Shown here: piece by piece, positions 9,893 through 20,774 of the stretch
Numbering within the stretch: position 1 is the stretch's first letter
Layout: every line of letters starts with the position of its first letter
Source: Promethearchaeota archaeon
GTDB taxonomy: Archaea > Asgardarchaeota > Lokiarchaeia > Sigyniarchaeales > SOKP01
Length of the DNA stretch: 64,000 nt
Assembly: GCA_016839765.1 (NCBI GenBank)
Contig: JAEOTP010000043.1
Location: 32,001-96,000 of the forward strand
Reading direction: 5' to 3'
Translations under genes and position numbers: made by a program
Notes under the pieces: model-generated
What the model was told of the DNA's origin: nothing
Database searches by the model: none
Seen by the model: the letters and a program-made list of their open reading frames with translations, nothing else

Positions 9893-10372
9893 TTGAGGCT
9901 ATTGAGTTATTCTCAAGATGAGGCATTATTAAAGAAAATAGTACATGATCTAATCAATAGCACGCCTGGATTAAAAAATGTTATTCTTATTGATGATACT
10001 GGAATAACAATAATGAGTGAGGCTAAATTTACGTTTTTAAATGAAGATGATATTTCTGTTGAGAAAATTGGGGCAATAGGAGGAGCAGTCTTTACAGCAG
10101 GAGAAGAACAAGGGCATATTTTAGGATATGGAGAGATAGACCTCCAATTTACGGAATATTACAAGGGTATGATATTCTCAGTTAAAGTTGGTAAAGGAAT
10201 TCTCTGTATCGCAACAGATAAAAATGTACAAATAGGATTTGTACGTGCAATTATGAAAAAATATGCTCCAAGAATAACAACAATTTTAAACCACTATCTT
10301 CAAGCAGATCAGGGTGAAATTAATAAAGAGTTAAAAGAATTATTTAGCTCAGATACCCTCGGTTTATTATAA
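9893..10372 (+). CDS. Roadblock/LC7 (MglB/LAMTOR-like) protein
   Basis: GLKNVILIDDTGITI, IGAIGGAVF, LCIATDKNVQIGFV; start probably TTG 9902. Confidence 0.8.
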   Translation: MRLLSYSQDEALLKKIVHDLINSTPGLKNVILIDDTGITIMSEAKFTFLNEDDISVEKIGAIGGAVFTAGEEQGHILGYGEIDLQFTEYYKGMIFSVKVGKGILCIATDKNVQIGFVRAIMKKYAPRITTILNHYLQADQGEINKELKELFSSDTLGLL

Positions 10373-10391
10373 TATAATTTTGTTGCTTAAA

Positions 10392-10456
10392 ACACTAACT
10401 CTTTTTTATCACGTAATGGATAACCCATAAAATCAAAAACCATTCTCGTGTTAGGC
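10392..10456. repeat. Diverged direct repeat, copy 1 (copy 2 at 10983-11049)
   Basis: Identical 20-bp core ACACTAACTCTTTTTTATCA, then similar TAATGGA..CCAT..AAAATCAAAAA..TCTCGTG..AGGC. Confidence 0.85.
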
Positions 10457-10587
10457 GAATCCTTAGCTCTCTAAAAATGAAATTTCCAATTATGATCTAG
10501 AAAAAAATTTATACAATCATGTCAATACTATAATTTGCAATAAAAAGTGTTAAAAAATTAGAAAAAGAAATCTATGGTGAGAAAAAT

Positions 10588-10881
10588 TTGGGCAAAGCGC
10601 TTGGTGTTGTGGCTTTAATTTGTAGTTTATCTGGAATATTTATTTTATATCTATTTTATATTGTATGTTATGGTTATTCTTCTGGTCCGACACAACAACA
10701 AATGATTATAATCTATATAGTACCCCCGCTTCCAATCGTAGCGATAATTTGTGGGGCAATTCAAATGTTGATAAAGGATGTGCCTGGCGACAGAAGCAAA
10801 ACTGCAATAGCAGGAATAGTGATTGGAACTGGAGCAATATTATTTTATGTATATCTTCTTTTAGTAATAATAACTACATAA
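10588..10881 (+). CDS. Small membrane protein (three predicted TM segments)
   Basis: Hydrophobic segments, AIAGIVIG motif, GGTGA RBS before TTG. Confidence 0.7.
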   Translation: MGKALGVVALICSLSGIFILYLFYIVCYGYSSGPTQQQMIIIYIVPPLPIVAIICGAIQMLIKDVPGDRSKTAIAGIVIGTGAILFYVYLLLVIITT

Positions 10882-10982
10882 ACAACATCATTAAAGCGTA
10901 AAGGATCCTCACTCGTTATGTTTCTATAATTTTAATTTTGAATCCAAAAAAAAGTAAGAGTAAGCATAGAATGTCGCCTGAT

Positions 10983-11049
10983 ACACTAACTCTTTTTTAT
11001 CATTTAATGGAAACACCATGAAAATCAAAAAAGCTCTCTCGTGAAAGGC
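10983..11049. repeat. Diverged direct repeat, copy 2
   Basis: Matches 10392-10456. Confidence 0.85.
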
Positions 11050-11150
11050 AGTAATCTCTATGCCGTTTTGGGACATAATCATATCTGCAATTAGGGTTGC
11101 TGACTCGAACCTCATCGCATTGGAGTATACCTTTGCTTGGTTAAGAGCCC
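11031..11150 (-). ncRNA. Candidate structured ncRNA (~120 nt), family unknown; strand tentative
   Basis: Locally GC-rich; terminal stem GGGCUCUU/GAGAGCUU running into a U tract; internal hairpins GCAA/UUGC and GGCA/UGCC; TTTAATAA at 11184-11177 upstream. Confidence 0.45.
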
Positions 11151-11360
11151 GTATTTTTTGCAGTTTAAATTATTGATTATTAAATTCAGGATGTTCGCAT
11201 TTTTTTGCACATATAATCATCATAGTCATATATGTCCTCGATAATGCAATTACTCCATCATTATTTTCCCAATAATATAATAAAACAATATAGCTAAAAA
11301 GTTTATATATTTTTTTTGATAAGGCTCAATATTTCATCATAAGAACCAAGAATTTGTTGA

Positions 11361-11400
11361 ACCTTAGGAAGGATTTAATAACCTTAGGAAGGATTTAATA
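11361..11400. repeat. Perfect 20-bp tandem duplication
   Basis: ACCTTAGGAAGGATTTAATA x2. Confidence 0.95.
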
Positions 11401-11417
11401 ATATTAAAATTTAATTT

Positions 11418-14400
11418 TTATTGATAAATTGTTTCAACCCAATTTTCTAACTCTAAATATAATTTTTTTAACTTATTGATCTGTTCTTCTGTTGCATCCC
11501 AGTAATTTCTATTTTCTGCTTGTAACATATTTCTAATTATATCCATCATTGCAAATCTATTATTTTCAATAAGTGCCTCTCGAATTTCCTCATTTTCTAC
11601 ATATTGTTGATAGCTTTTATCCCAAATCCAATTATCTACAGCATGAGCTGTTGCTGCGAGTCCTAAAACATTCTCAACACGTTCAGCGACTTTTTGACCA
11701 CCATGATATTTATGCTTCAGCAAGGATTTTATCCATTGAGGATTCAAGTTACGCGTAATTGCTCCTTCTTTTATACTTTTTTCCAGACGATCTACTTGAA
11801 TTTTTTTTCTTGAGGTGTCAGCAATATATACATTTGCTTTTTCACCACTAAGGTGTTCATGAGTTCTGGCTAAACCTCCTGTAAATTCATAATAATGGTC
11901 TAAATCTGTAATATGATATTCGCTTGAGTCTCTAATCTGACTCATTAAATTGATTTTACTTACTGTTTGAGAAAATGTTTTTGGGCTCTTTTTAACATTT
12001 TGATTTTTCATGTATGCAAAACTCATATTATTAATATAATCATCAACGAGTTCTTGTTCTTCTTTCCATTTTCCAGCAGAGATTATATTAGTAAGATTAG
12101 TATTGTATTTTCCTGGAGGAGGACCAAACACCCTTGCATTGGGAACCTCAACTTCCTGATTTTTAAGTTCTATATACGTTTTTTTAACAAAATTCTTGTC
12201 TAGAGGCTCATCTAATTCTGCTACAGTCTCAATTACGTGATTAATCAACTCTAATAAAAAAGGAAAAGTATCTCTAAATATTCCGCAAATTGTAATAAGA
12301 ACATTAATTCTTGGATGAGTCATTTCTTCTAAAGGAATTACTTCAAATTCAGTAGTCCAAATAGATTTATTTTTTATTGCTCTTACACCTAAATAATTAA
12401 AAATTTGACCTATTGTTTCGCCACCAGTTTTCATAGTCTCAAATGCCCATAAAACCACGCTAACTGTTTCAGGATATTTATTATTTTCATTATAATATTT
12501 TTTTAATAGTCTCTCTGCGATTATTGATCCTCTTTTATAAGCAGTGGTATTAGGGATTAATCTGGGATCAAAACCATAAGAATTTCTACCTGTTGGGAAG
12601 ATATGAGGTGAACGGATGGTATCTCCACCCAATCCTGGTTCAATATACCCTCCTTCTAACGCATGGACCAAATTTTCCATTTCCATAGAGTTATCCATTC
12701 TGTATATAAGATCAATGATCCAATTCACGAAAAATTTCTTTTCTTGATCGGTAATTTGAAAACTTAATACAAGAGAACTTGATATTCTATCTATATTAAA
12801 ATTATTTATGTTCGCGGAGGCGTTAATTTGATTTAATATTTGGTTAATAATACCATTAAGTTCATCTGACGCATTTTTTTTTTCTTTGAATAATTTTGAT
12901 ATAAATGTGTCGATTTCCTCTGGTTTTTCTACAGAATTTAATAGTATCATATTAATAATATCTTTTTTCTCCTGATCATTGTATTTTTTACCCAATATGT
13001 GTAAACCCATAGGAATTATCGATGTTTTATACCGATATAATATATCCTCTAATTCGGAAACACTATTATACTCTAATTCTAACTTTTCTGCTAAGTCTTT
13101 TATTTCTTTTTCTAAATCTTCAATTCTTTCGGATTTTACATGATCAGAAGAATTTTTAAGATTAAAATCGAATTCAGATTGGTATTCCTTTATCAATGTT
13201 TCTAAATTTTCTAATTCTTCATATAAATCAGAATTTTTGAATGATGGACCAGCATGATTAATAATTAATGCATTTCCCCTCCTTTTAGCAATTGCAGATT
13301 CACTGGTATTAGTAATATGATAATAATAGAGATTTGGAATATCCCCTAATAAATTCATAGGGTAATCCCATAAACCACCAGCACATTCCTTACCTGGTAA
13401 AAATTCTTCAGTTCCATGTGTTCCAATGTTTATAACAGCATCTACATCTAGTATTTTTTCAAGATATCTATAAAAGGCTATATATTGATGATGTGGTGGC
13501 AAATTTTTATCATGATATTCATTCGGATCTCCAGTAACAGTACTTCGGGATGGTTGTAAGCATAAATACAAATTATTTAACTTTATAATTGGTAGTTTTA
13601 TGTTTGAATTTTCGGTCATGATTTTACCAATGGGAGTACCCCAGAATTTATACGTATCATGCTTTAATTGCTCTGGCAAATCGGAAATTAAATTTAAATA
13701 GTTCTCTTTATCTAAGATAATTCCATTGAAGTTTGGAGCCTTAATGTGTTTTACTTTATTTACTGAGCCTCCTTCAATAAAAATATCAGCAAGGTTTTTA
13801 TCCTCAGGGATATTTTTTACATTATATCCTTCATTAGCGAATTGATTAATTAGATTGCGAACTGATTCAGATACATCTAAATAGGCTGCGTTTCCAATCT
13901 TATCTTCGCCAGGAGGATAATTATAAATAATTAGAGCAATAATTTTTTCTGAATTTAATTTAATTCTTAATTTTAACCACTTTCTAATTCTATTACATAC
14001 TAAAGATATATTTTCAGTTATAGGAGCAACTTCTAGTACATCTGAATGAATTTTTTCAGAATATCCCAGGTTTTTGATACATCCAACAGTGATCATCTCA
14101 AATCTACCATCAAGTTCAGGCATTACAATAGCAATAATTTGATTGATGGGGATAATTCCTTCTTTGGATTCTACATATTTTTCTAAAGGCATATCAAATT
14201 GAATAATTGGATTGAAATGAGGAACATCCATTTTTTTAAAAAGATCTAATGTAACAGAACCGTCTCCGCCAAAAGGACCTCCATTTAGTTGAAAATATTG
14301 AAGATTTATTACACCACTTACAATGCTTTTATTATTTTGCAAGAAAAACTTTTGATAGGCTTCCAAATTCGTTAATACATCTGAAAATACAGGAATAACA

Positions 14401-15227
14401 TTAAAATCTGTTAAATTCTTAATAAACTCTTCTACTATAGGGAGTGATTGCTCAAAATACAATCCGCCATAAAAAAATAAGCCAAGTGTTTGTTTTTGTA
14501 AATTAATAGGTTTAACTTTAAAATAATCTTCTAAATTACCAAAGTATCGATTCAAATTGATATCATAAATTCCAAATGAAGGAATTTTGAGAGGCTTTTG
14601 GACTTTTAGGTCTTTATACCCCATGTAATGTTTTAGTAAAAAAAGTATCATATTTTTATGATTTTCGGCCAAACCACCAAGACCGTAAACCCAATAATCC
14701 ATCATTAAACCCCAATATCTAGCATGTCTCAATACTTTAATAGGAAAAATTTTACCCATCGTTTTCATTAAATTAGTCATTTTTTGCCCGAATCTTACAC
14801 CATTAGTTATATCAGGGATTTCATCTATTCCGTATTCTGTTTGTTGAGGTGAAGGGATTCTTCGTGCAAAGAATGGGCCCATTTTGGTTAACCTCCTGAT
14901 TTCACTATTTCCTCCTACTAAAGCTATGATGGTTTTTGAGTTAAACAATTTAGGATTTTCATTTTCCATTTTTTTATAAGTATCCACTAATAGCTCAACT
15001 GTTGGACAATTCCCTCTAATATCAATCAGCATAATTCGTGATTCGTAAATTTCTTTTATGAATTCATCTTTAGTTGTTTTACCAGAATCAACATCATTTA
15101 AAAAATATACTTTAAAATCAAATTGCTTTCCAATTTCTCTATAAATCTGAGAAATACACTCTGTTAACCATTTTGTAAATACACTAGCTGAAATTAGTGT
15201 AATTTTAGGAATTTTTTTACTAATCAT
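11418..15227 (-). CDS. cobN: CobN/magnesium chelatase H subunit family
   Basis: MPELDG, YNYPPG, PPHHQY, GTHGTEEFLPGK, PTGRN, LDHYYEF. Confidence 0.9.
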   Translation of the reverse strand: MISKKIPKITLISASVFTKWLTECISQIYREIGKQFDFKVYFLNDVDSGKTTKDEFIKEIYESRIMLIDIRGNCPTVELLVDTYKKMENENPKLFNSKTIIALVGGNSEIRRLTKMGPFFARRIPSPQQTEYGIDEIPDITNGVRFGQKMTNLMKTMGKIFPIKVLRHARYWGLMMDYWVYGLGGLAENHKNMILFLLKHYMGYKDLKVQKPLKIPSFGIYDINLNRYFGNLEDYFKVKPINLQKQTLGLFFYGGLYFEQSLPIVEEFIKNLTDFNVIPVFSDVLTNLEAYQKFFLQNNKSIVSGVINLQYFQLNGGPFGGDGSVTLDLFKKMDVPHFNPIIQFDMPLEKYVESKEGIIPINQIIAIVMPELDGRFEMITVGCIKNLGYSEKIHSDVLEVAPITENISLVCNRIRKWLKLRIKLNSEKIIALIIYNYPPGEDKIGNAAYLDVSESVRNLINQFANEGYNVKNIPEDKNLADIFIEGGSVNKVKHIKAPNFNGIILDKENYLNLISDLPEQLKHDTYKFWGTPIGKIMTENSNIKLPIIKLNNLYLCLQPSRSTVTGDPNEYHDKNLPPHHQYIAFYRYLEKILDVDAVINIGTHGTEEFLPGKECAGGLWDYPMNLLGDIPNLYYYHITNTSESAIAKRRGNALIINHAGPSFKNSDLYEELENLETLIKEYQSEFDFNLKNSSDHVKSERIEDLEKEIKDLAEKLELEYNSVSELEDILYRYKTSIIPMGLHILGKKYNDQEKKDIINMILLNSVEKPEEIDTFISKLFKEKKNASDELNGIINQILNQINASANINNFNIDRISSSLVLSFQITDQEKKFFVNWIIDLIYRMDNSMEMENLVHALEGGYIEPGLGGDTIRSPHIFPTGRNSYGFDPRLIPNTTAYKRGSIIAERLLKKYYNENNKYPETVSVVLWAFETMKTGGETIGQIFNYLGVRAIKNKSIWTTEFEVIPLEEMTHPRINVLITICGIFRDTFPFLLELINHVIETVAELDEPLDKNFVKKTYIELKNQEVEVPNARVFGPPPGKYNTNLTNIISAGKWKEEQELVDDYINNMSFAYMKNQNVKKSPKTFSQTVSKINLMSQIRDSSEYHITDLDHYYEFTGGLARTHEHLSGEKANVYIADTSRKKIQVDRLEKSIKEGAITRNLNPQWIKSLLKHKYHGGQKVAERVENVLGLAATAHAVDNWIWDKSYQQYVENEEIREALIENNRFAMMDIIRNMLQAENRNYWDATEEQINKLKKLYLELENWVETIYQ

Positions 15228-15251
15228 TTTTTTAAAATAAGAAATGTGATT

Positions 15252-17228
15252 TTATGATAAATCTTTAAGAATTCCTTCTATTGATAAAACTTGATTTAGA
15301 TTTCTTTCATTTAAATGATCTAGATGATGATAAATAGCATTAGCAGCTTCTGAAAGTTTTTTATTAATTTCTAATTTAACATCTGAATTTTCAGTATCTA
15401 TAATAATTATATTTATTTCATTATTTGCAATATATTCTCCAGTTTTAATAATATCTTCAATAGGATCATTGAAATATACATTACCTCTCGCATCAGTTAA
15501 AAGAATGATTAATGGTATATATCCAGTATTTTTACGATTTTCTTCGAGAGCAATATCTACTGCCTTCATTAATCCTGCAACCAATGGAGTTGTTCCTCCA
15601 GTTGGAACATCTTTTAATAACTTATATGCTAAATCCGTGCTCCTTGTCGGAGGTAATATGACTTCAGCTTTATCTTTTCTAAAGACTATAAGAGATACTT
15701 TATCCCTATAGACATAATTACTTTTTAGAATTGAAAATATTGTACCTTTAACAGATTTCATTCGCTCATTAGCCCCCATAGAGCCAGATGCGTCAACACA
15801 GAAAATAACTAAATAGCTAGATTTTCCTCTCCTTTTTTTAATATGAATATGATCTTCCTTAATTAGGAGATGCTCTCCATTTTGTACCAATAATTGATTT
15901 TCTGAGTCTAAGGCAGCACTATTTATAGTTTCATTAATGGCAATATCACTAGCTTTTGAAAAATCAAACTTACGAGGTTTTCTACCGCCTAAATATTTAG
16001 CTTTTGAATCTCTGGTAGGGTGAGTAACTCTCTGGCCTGAGACATTCAATAATGCCCTCCTTTTTTGATCTTTTATCAAATCTCCTGTTTTAATAGAGGT
16101 ATCTATCTCAAAAATTTCTTCCTGATTGTTGAAAATTTGTTTATCCTTAAGGGAATCTTCAAATGGTCCTTGATTTTCAGTGAAATCAGAAGTTTCCCGT
16201 TCATTGAATAAATCTTCAATATCTTCTTCATTTAAGGTTTGTTCTTCGAATGGAAGTCTTCTTAGCCTATGATTGAGGGCGAGTTTAGCTGCTTTTTTTA
16301 TGTCTTCTTCAATTACCTCATCTCTTCCTTCAAATGCTGCTAAAGTTTTAGCTGTACGAGTAATTGTTATATCTGCTCTATGACCATCTACTTGAAAGGC
16401 AATACAGATTTTTGCAATTTTTTTTAAAAAATTTTCAGAAATAACAACTTGATTTAAAAGCTTTTTAGCATTAATAATCTTGCTTCTTAATTTCTTTTGT
16501 TCTTTTTCAAACTTTTTTAAGAAATTATGAGGATTATTTTGAAATTCCTCAACATGTTTAACAATCTGAACACGCTTGTCAATATCTTTAATTCTTTCTA
16601 CATCAACACTTAATCCAAATCGGTCTAGTAACTGAGGTCTTAGATTTCCCTCTTCAGGATTCATTGTTCCAACTAAAATAAAATTAGAAGGATGATGAAA
16701 ACTAAGACCTTCACGCTCAATTATATTTAATCCCATAGCAGCACTATCTAAAAGAATATCAGCAACATTATCCGCTAAGAGGTTAACTTCATCAATATAA
16801 AGAATATTTCTATGAGCTTCAGCTAAAATTCCTGGTTCTAAAGATTTTAATCCCTCCTTTAATGCTCTCTTAATATCGATTGTACCTACAACCCTATCTT
16901 CAGTAGCATTTATAGGAAGAGTAATAACCCTCATCTTTTTACTATCGATATCATTTTGATTAATTTGATTGTTTTGGTATTTTTCTAGGCAAGAATGACA
17001 CATTTCTTTTTGATCGTAAGGATTGCAATTAAAAGTACAAGATTTGATATATTCTATTTCTGGTAATATATCAGCCAAAGCTCTAACTGCTGTTGATTTA
17101 GCTGTTCCTTTCATTCCACGTATCAATACTCCTCCAATTTTTGGATTTACCGCATTTAAAGTTAGTGTTAATTTCATTAAATCTTGACCAATTATCGCGG
17201 TAAAAGGATAAACAATTTTATGAGTCAT
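15252..17228 (-). CDS. Chelatase AAA+ subunit, ChlI/ChlD-type with C-terminal vWA domain
   Basis: [53 protein letters not shown]. Confidence 0.92.
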   Translation of the reverse strand: MTHKIVYPFTAIIGQDLMKLTLTLNAVNPKIGGVLIRGMKGTAKSTAVRALADILPEIEYIKSCTFNCNPYDQKEMCHSCLEKYQNNQINQNDIDSKKMRVITLPINATEDRVVGTIDIKRALKEGLKSLEPGILAEAHRNILYIDEVNLLADNVADILLDSAAMGLNIIEREGLSFHHPSNFILVGTMNPEEGNLRPQLLDRFGLSVDVERIKDIDKRVQIVKHVEEFQNNPHNFLKKFEKEQKKLRSKIINAKKLLNQVVISENFLKKIAKICIAFQVDGHRADITITRTAKTLAAFEGRDEVIEEDIKKAAKLALNHRLRRLPFEEQTLNEEDIEDLFNERETSDFTENQGPFEDSLKDKQIFNNQEEIFEIDTSIKTGDLIKDQKRRALLNVSGQRVTHPTRDSKAKYLGGRKPRKFDFSKASDIAINETINSAALDSENQLLVQNGEHLLIKEDHIHIKKRRGKSSYLVIFCVDASGSMGANERMKSVKGTIFSILKSNYVYRDKVSLIVFRKDKAEVILPPTRSTDLAYKLLKDVPTGGTTPLVAGLMKAVDIALEENRKNTGYIPLIILLTDARGNVYFNDPIEDIIKTGEYIANNEINIIIIDTENSDVKLEINKKLSEAANAIYHHLDHLNERNLNQVLSIEGILKDLS

Positions 17229-17416
17229 ATTAAAAATTAATTTAATTATTTTTAGAATTCATACTAAATTATAATTTTTTCATATCGAATAAGTTTTTAA
17301 AAAATTTAAGAATTTCTTTTTTAAATTATATAGAAGTAGGTGCGAATATTTTTCAAATAAATCTTAAGCGAGGCTGGAAAAAATATCAAAAGTAAGAGAG
17401 AAAAAAAATAAATTTT

Positions 17417-18961
17417 CTACTTTTTAAATTTATTAAAAGCTTTTATACCTATTACGAGTATTATAGTAGAATATAGCGTTAATAGACCCAGATTCAATAA
17501 TGTATCTGGATGACTTAAAGGAAGCCCATTCAGCAGTAGATTTTGTAAAGCAACAACAGCAAATCTAGTGGGAAGCCAAGCAGCTATAGCCTTCATAGTT
17601 TCGCCAAAAAGCTCAATAGGTACGAAAATACCACTAACCATTGCTAATGGAATTATAATTATCCATACGCCTCCACCTGCAGAATCAGGATCTTTAAATA
17701 CAGGTGCTAATGCTAAAGCTAGAGCCAATAATAAGAAGGAAAATAAGAACATAGTTAAAATAATCCCTAAGATACCGTCAAGCAACGAATACATGATAGG
17801 ACTCCACCCAAATAAACCCAGGATTAAGGCTCCAATTCCAAATTGCATAAAAATCAGAATAATATTTGAAGCAATATTTGAAATTATTATTTCCCAGTTA
17901 GTCACTTCTGTTGAGGCAAGACGCTTATATATCCCATCTTTTTTTTCTCCAGTAAGAATCACAAGTGCAAATGAAAGAATTGTCATTGGACCATAAAGTA
18001 GATATCCTGGAGCTGAAAACGTGATGTTATTTACAACTTGTCCAACAGTGCTTTTTTTCCCATGTGGCAATTCAATTTCTAATGGATTATTGTTAATGAT
18101 GCTTGATAACACTTGTACGAAAATATTTTCGATTGTAGCTTGTACAGCTGGAGATACTGTTTGAAGAAAATAGATTTCAAAACTTAGCGTGGAAAAAGGA
18201 GTTGAATTAGGAATCATGTAATTATATTTTAAAGGGATAGTAATGTTTGAAGTGGCGTTTAATATATGAAAATAATTATTTGCTAATGACAGAAACGTAC
18301 CAATTATGTAATAATTTTTTGAGAGTGAGGTACCATTACGGAATAAATAACTCATATTAACGTCCCACGAACCATCTAAGCCTTTTAAGAAATTTTGGTT
18401 AATTATTAGCATTCCATCGTAGTTATAATTGTTAAAGTCCGATAAAATGTTATTTCCTTCAGTTTTATTATAGTATGTGAATTTAAATAAATGGGAAGTA
18501 GTTGAAACTAAAGATATGTAAAAATCCAATATTGAAAAATTTGCTGAGGTAGATGTATCATTGTTCCAAAAAGCTATATTCACAAAAGATCGATTTTCAA
18601 GATATGATTCGTAACCTTCAGGAAAATAAAGATATGCTGTAATAGTTCCTTCTAAAGCTGCTTGTTTGGCTTCTTCTAAAGATGAATAATTAACTAAATT
18701 TATTCCGTTTATCTCATCAGTAACTTCATAGATATAACTCAAATTAAATTGTGGGTGTATGCCATAATTTGCATTAGTAGTATCATCATCAATCCAACCA
18801 ATATTATAGGTTGTAGTTGTATCACTGAAATCTATGCCTCCAAAAATCAATCCTAATAATAAATAATATATAACGGGTATTAATATTAAAAATCCAAGAG
18901 TTTTTGGATTTCTAATAAATCTCATAAGATTTTTTTTAATAAGTACTATTAATCTTGACAT
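17417..18961 (-). CDS. ABC-2 type transporter permease
   Basis: N-terminal TM, large extracellular loop, C-terminal TM bundle, SGIFVP motif. Confidence 0.88.
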   Translation of the reverse strand: MSRLIVLIKKNLMRFIRNPKTLGFLILIPVIYYLLLGLIFGGIDFSDTTTTYNIGWIDDDTTNANYGIHPQFNLSYIYEVTDEINGINLVNYSSLEEAKQAALEGTITAYLYFPEGYESYLENRSFVNIAFWNNDTSTSANFSILDFYISLVSTTSHLFKFTYYNKTEGNNILSDFNNYNYDGMLIINQNFLKGLDGSWDVNMSYLFRNGTSLSKNYYIIGTFLSLANNYFHILNATSNITIPLKYNYMIPNSTPFSTLSFEIYFLQTVSPAVQATIENIFVQVLSSIINNNPLEIELPHGKKSTVGQVVNNITFSAPGYLLYGPMTILSFALVILTGEKKDGIYKRLASTEVTNWEIIISNIASNIILIFMQFGIGALILGLFGWSPIMYSLLDGILGIILTMFLFSFLLLALALALAPVFKDPDSAGGGVWIIIIPLAMVSGIFVPIELFGETMKAIAAWLPTRFAVVALQNLLLNGLPLSHPDTLLNLGLLTLYSTIILVIGIKAFNKFKK

Positions 18962-18977
18962 TTCTTGATCCCTCCCG

Positions 18978-19964
18978 TTACTCCCTTAAAGATCTTCCTG
19001 TTAATGCTAAAAATACATTTTCTAGACTATTTCTCTGAATACCAACATCAACAACTTGTAATCCGTTATGCGTAAAATTTTTTATAATTTTACCTATTTT
19101 TCCAACTCCGTCCATTGCACTTACTCTTGTCTCCATTTCTTCTTCAAGGTAAAATGCATCTAGGACATACTCATTATTCTTTACTTCTTCAATGGATTTT
19201 AGAAGCTTTTCTCTTGTTCCTTCAATTTTTAGAAATAACATATCCCCTTTACCTATTGTCTCTTTTAAGTGTTCTGGGGTACCCTCAGCAATGATCTTTC
19301 CATAATCAATTATCGCTAATCTATCTGAAAGTATATCTGCTTCGTCCATATAGTGAGTCGTTAAAAATATTGTCTTATCACGTTTTTTCAATTCAAAGAT
19401 ATAATCCCACATTAACCTTCTCGTTTGAGGATCTAATCCTGCTGTAGGTTCATCAAGAAATAGGATGCTAGGATCATGAACTAATCCAATAATTAAATTT
19501 AACCTTCTTTTCATGCCACCACTTAATTTTCGAGCTTTAGTTTTACGTTTTTCCTCCAATCCAACTTTATTAATTAGATTATTGGCTCTTTGCTTAAGAA
19601 TTGACGAATTAACCGTATACATTTTTCCGAAGAACATTAGATTTTCATATACAGTAAGTTCTTCATAAAAAATGTTTTCTTGTGGTGCTATTCCTATAAG
19701 TTTTTTTACTTCTGTTGCTTCTTTTACAACGTCAAAATTATTTACTCTACCTTCTCCGCTTGTCGGTTTTAGGTAACAAGAAAGAATATTAATAGTTGTT
19801 GTTTTTCCGGCACCATTAGGTCCTAAGAATCCAAAGCATTCTCCCCTGTTTATTTTAAAAGAAATCTCATCTACTGCCTTTACATCTCCAAAATATTTCT
19901 TTAAGTCTTTAACCTCAATTGCAACATCATTGTTATTTACTTTTTCAAGTTTTGCAGATTCCAT
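18978..19964 (-). CDS. ABC transporter ATP-binding protein (DrrA-like)
   Basis: GPNGAGKTT, LSGGMKRR, FLDEPTAGLD, TTHYM. Confidence 0.95.
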   Translation of the reverse strand: MESAKLEKVNNNDVAIEVKDLKKYFGDVKAVDEISFKINRGECFGFLGPNGAGKTTTINILSCYLKPTSGEGRVNNFDVVKEATEVKKLIGIAPQENIFYEELTVYENLMFFGKMYTVNSSILKQRANNLINKVGLEEKRKTKARKLSGGMKRRLNLIIGLVHDPSILFLDEPTAGLDPQTRRLMWDYIFELKKRDKTIFLTTHYMDEADILSDRLAIIDYGKIIAEGTPEHLKETIGKGDMLFLKIEGTREKLLKSIEEVKNNEYVLDAFYLEEEMETRVSAMDGVGKIGKIIKNFTHNGLQVVDVGIQRNSLENVFLALTGRSLRE

Positions 19965-20155
19965 TTTTTATATCTCTTTTTTTTAGATTTTTTTTGGTTT
20001 CATCTTTGAGTAACCCATATTCTTTATTAAAAGGTTTTTTAGACCAATTTTTAGTTAATATAGTAAAAGTATTTAGATATTTATAACAGAAAGTTAGAAC
20101 TTTTTTAGTTAAGAAATTTTTACTATATTTTTTTTAAAGGAATCATTTTTAATTT

Positions 20156-20758
20156 TTGATGGAAGTACTTTTCTTCATTAAATCTAGCAGTGTAGACATT
20201 ACAAATTATACAATTAAAGATATTCCTGGTTCATCCGGAAGATTAGATGTAATTTCTAGATGTATTCTTGCTGCCTTATTGAACCTAAAAGGATTTAATA
20301 ATAATATCCAAATTTGGGTATTTTTAGAAAAATATGGTACTTTTATATTTAACCCTGAATCATTTGATGAGGAGGTATTTCCAAAAAATGAAATTCTACT
20401 TACAGAATATTTTGTAGATTTAATCCTAAATAGAGCAGGTCAGCTAAGGTATAGTAAAAACCCTTTAAAAAGGATTAAATACATTAATCAAGATATCTTT
20501 AATACATTGAAAGCCTATAAAAAGCAAAAATATTCTATATATGTTCTAGACGAGAGTGGACAAGATTTCTTTAAATACATAAAAGAGATATCATCACAAG
20601 AGCACATTATTTTCGTTATTGGCAGTCAAACAGGTGAAATATTAAAATCAATAGAATTGATTGAGTTAAATCTACCAAATTTAAGTTTAGGAACTCAATC
20701 ATATTTAGCTTCTTCCGTAATTCGATTAATAAGATTAAATTTAAAGTTATTAATATGA
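20156..20758 (+). CDS. trmY: tRNA (pseudouridine54-N1)-methyltransferase, SPOUT family
   Basis: DIPGSSGRLDVISRC, LDESG, LSLGTQSYLAS. Confidence 0.8.
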   Translation: MMEVLFFIKSSSVDITNYTIKDIPGSSGRLDVISRCILAALLNLKGFNNNIQIWVFLEKYGTFIFNPESFDEEVFPKNEILLTEYFVDLILNRAGQLRYSKNPLKRIKYINQDIFNTLKAYKKQKYSIYVLDESGQDFFKYIKEISSQEHIIFVIGSQTGEILKSIELIELNLPNLSLGTQSYLASSVIRLIRLNLKLLI

Positions 20759-20774
20759 AAAATTTTTTATTTTA

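Noticed and set aside
10924-11115. 63-aa minus-strand ORF
   Set aside because: No recognisable motif; overlaps the repeat and the structured RNA candidate
11361-11400. Possible CRISPR repeat
   Set aside because: Two adjacent copies with no spacer and no cas genes
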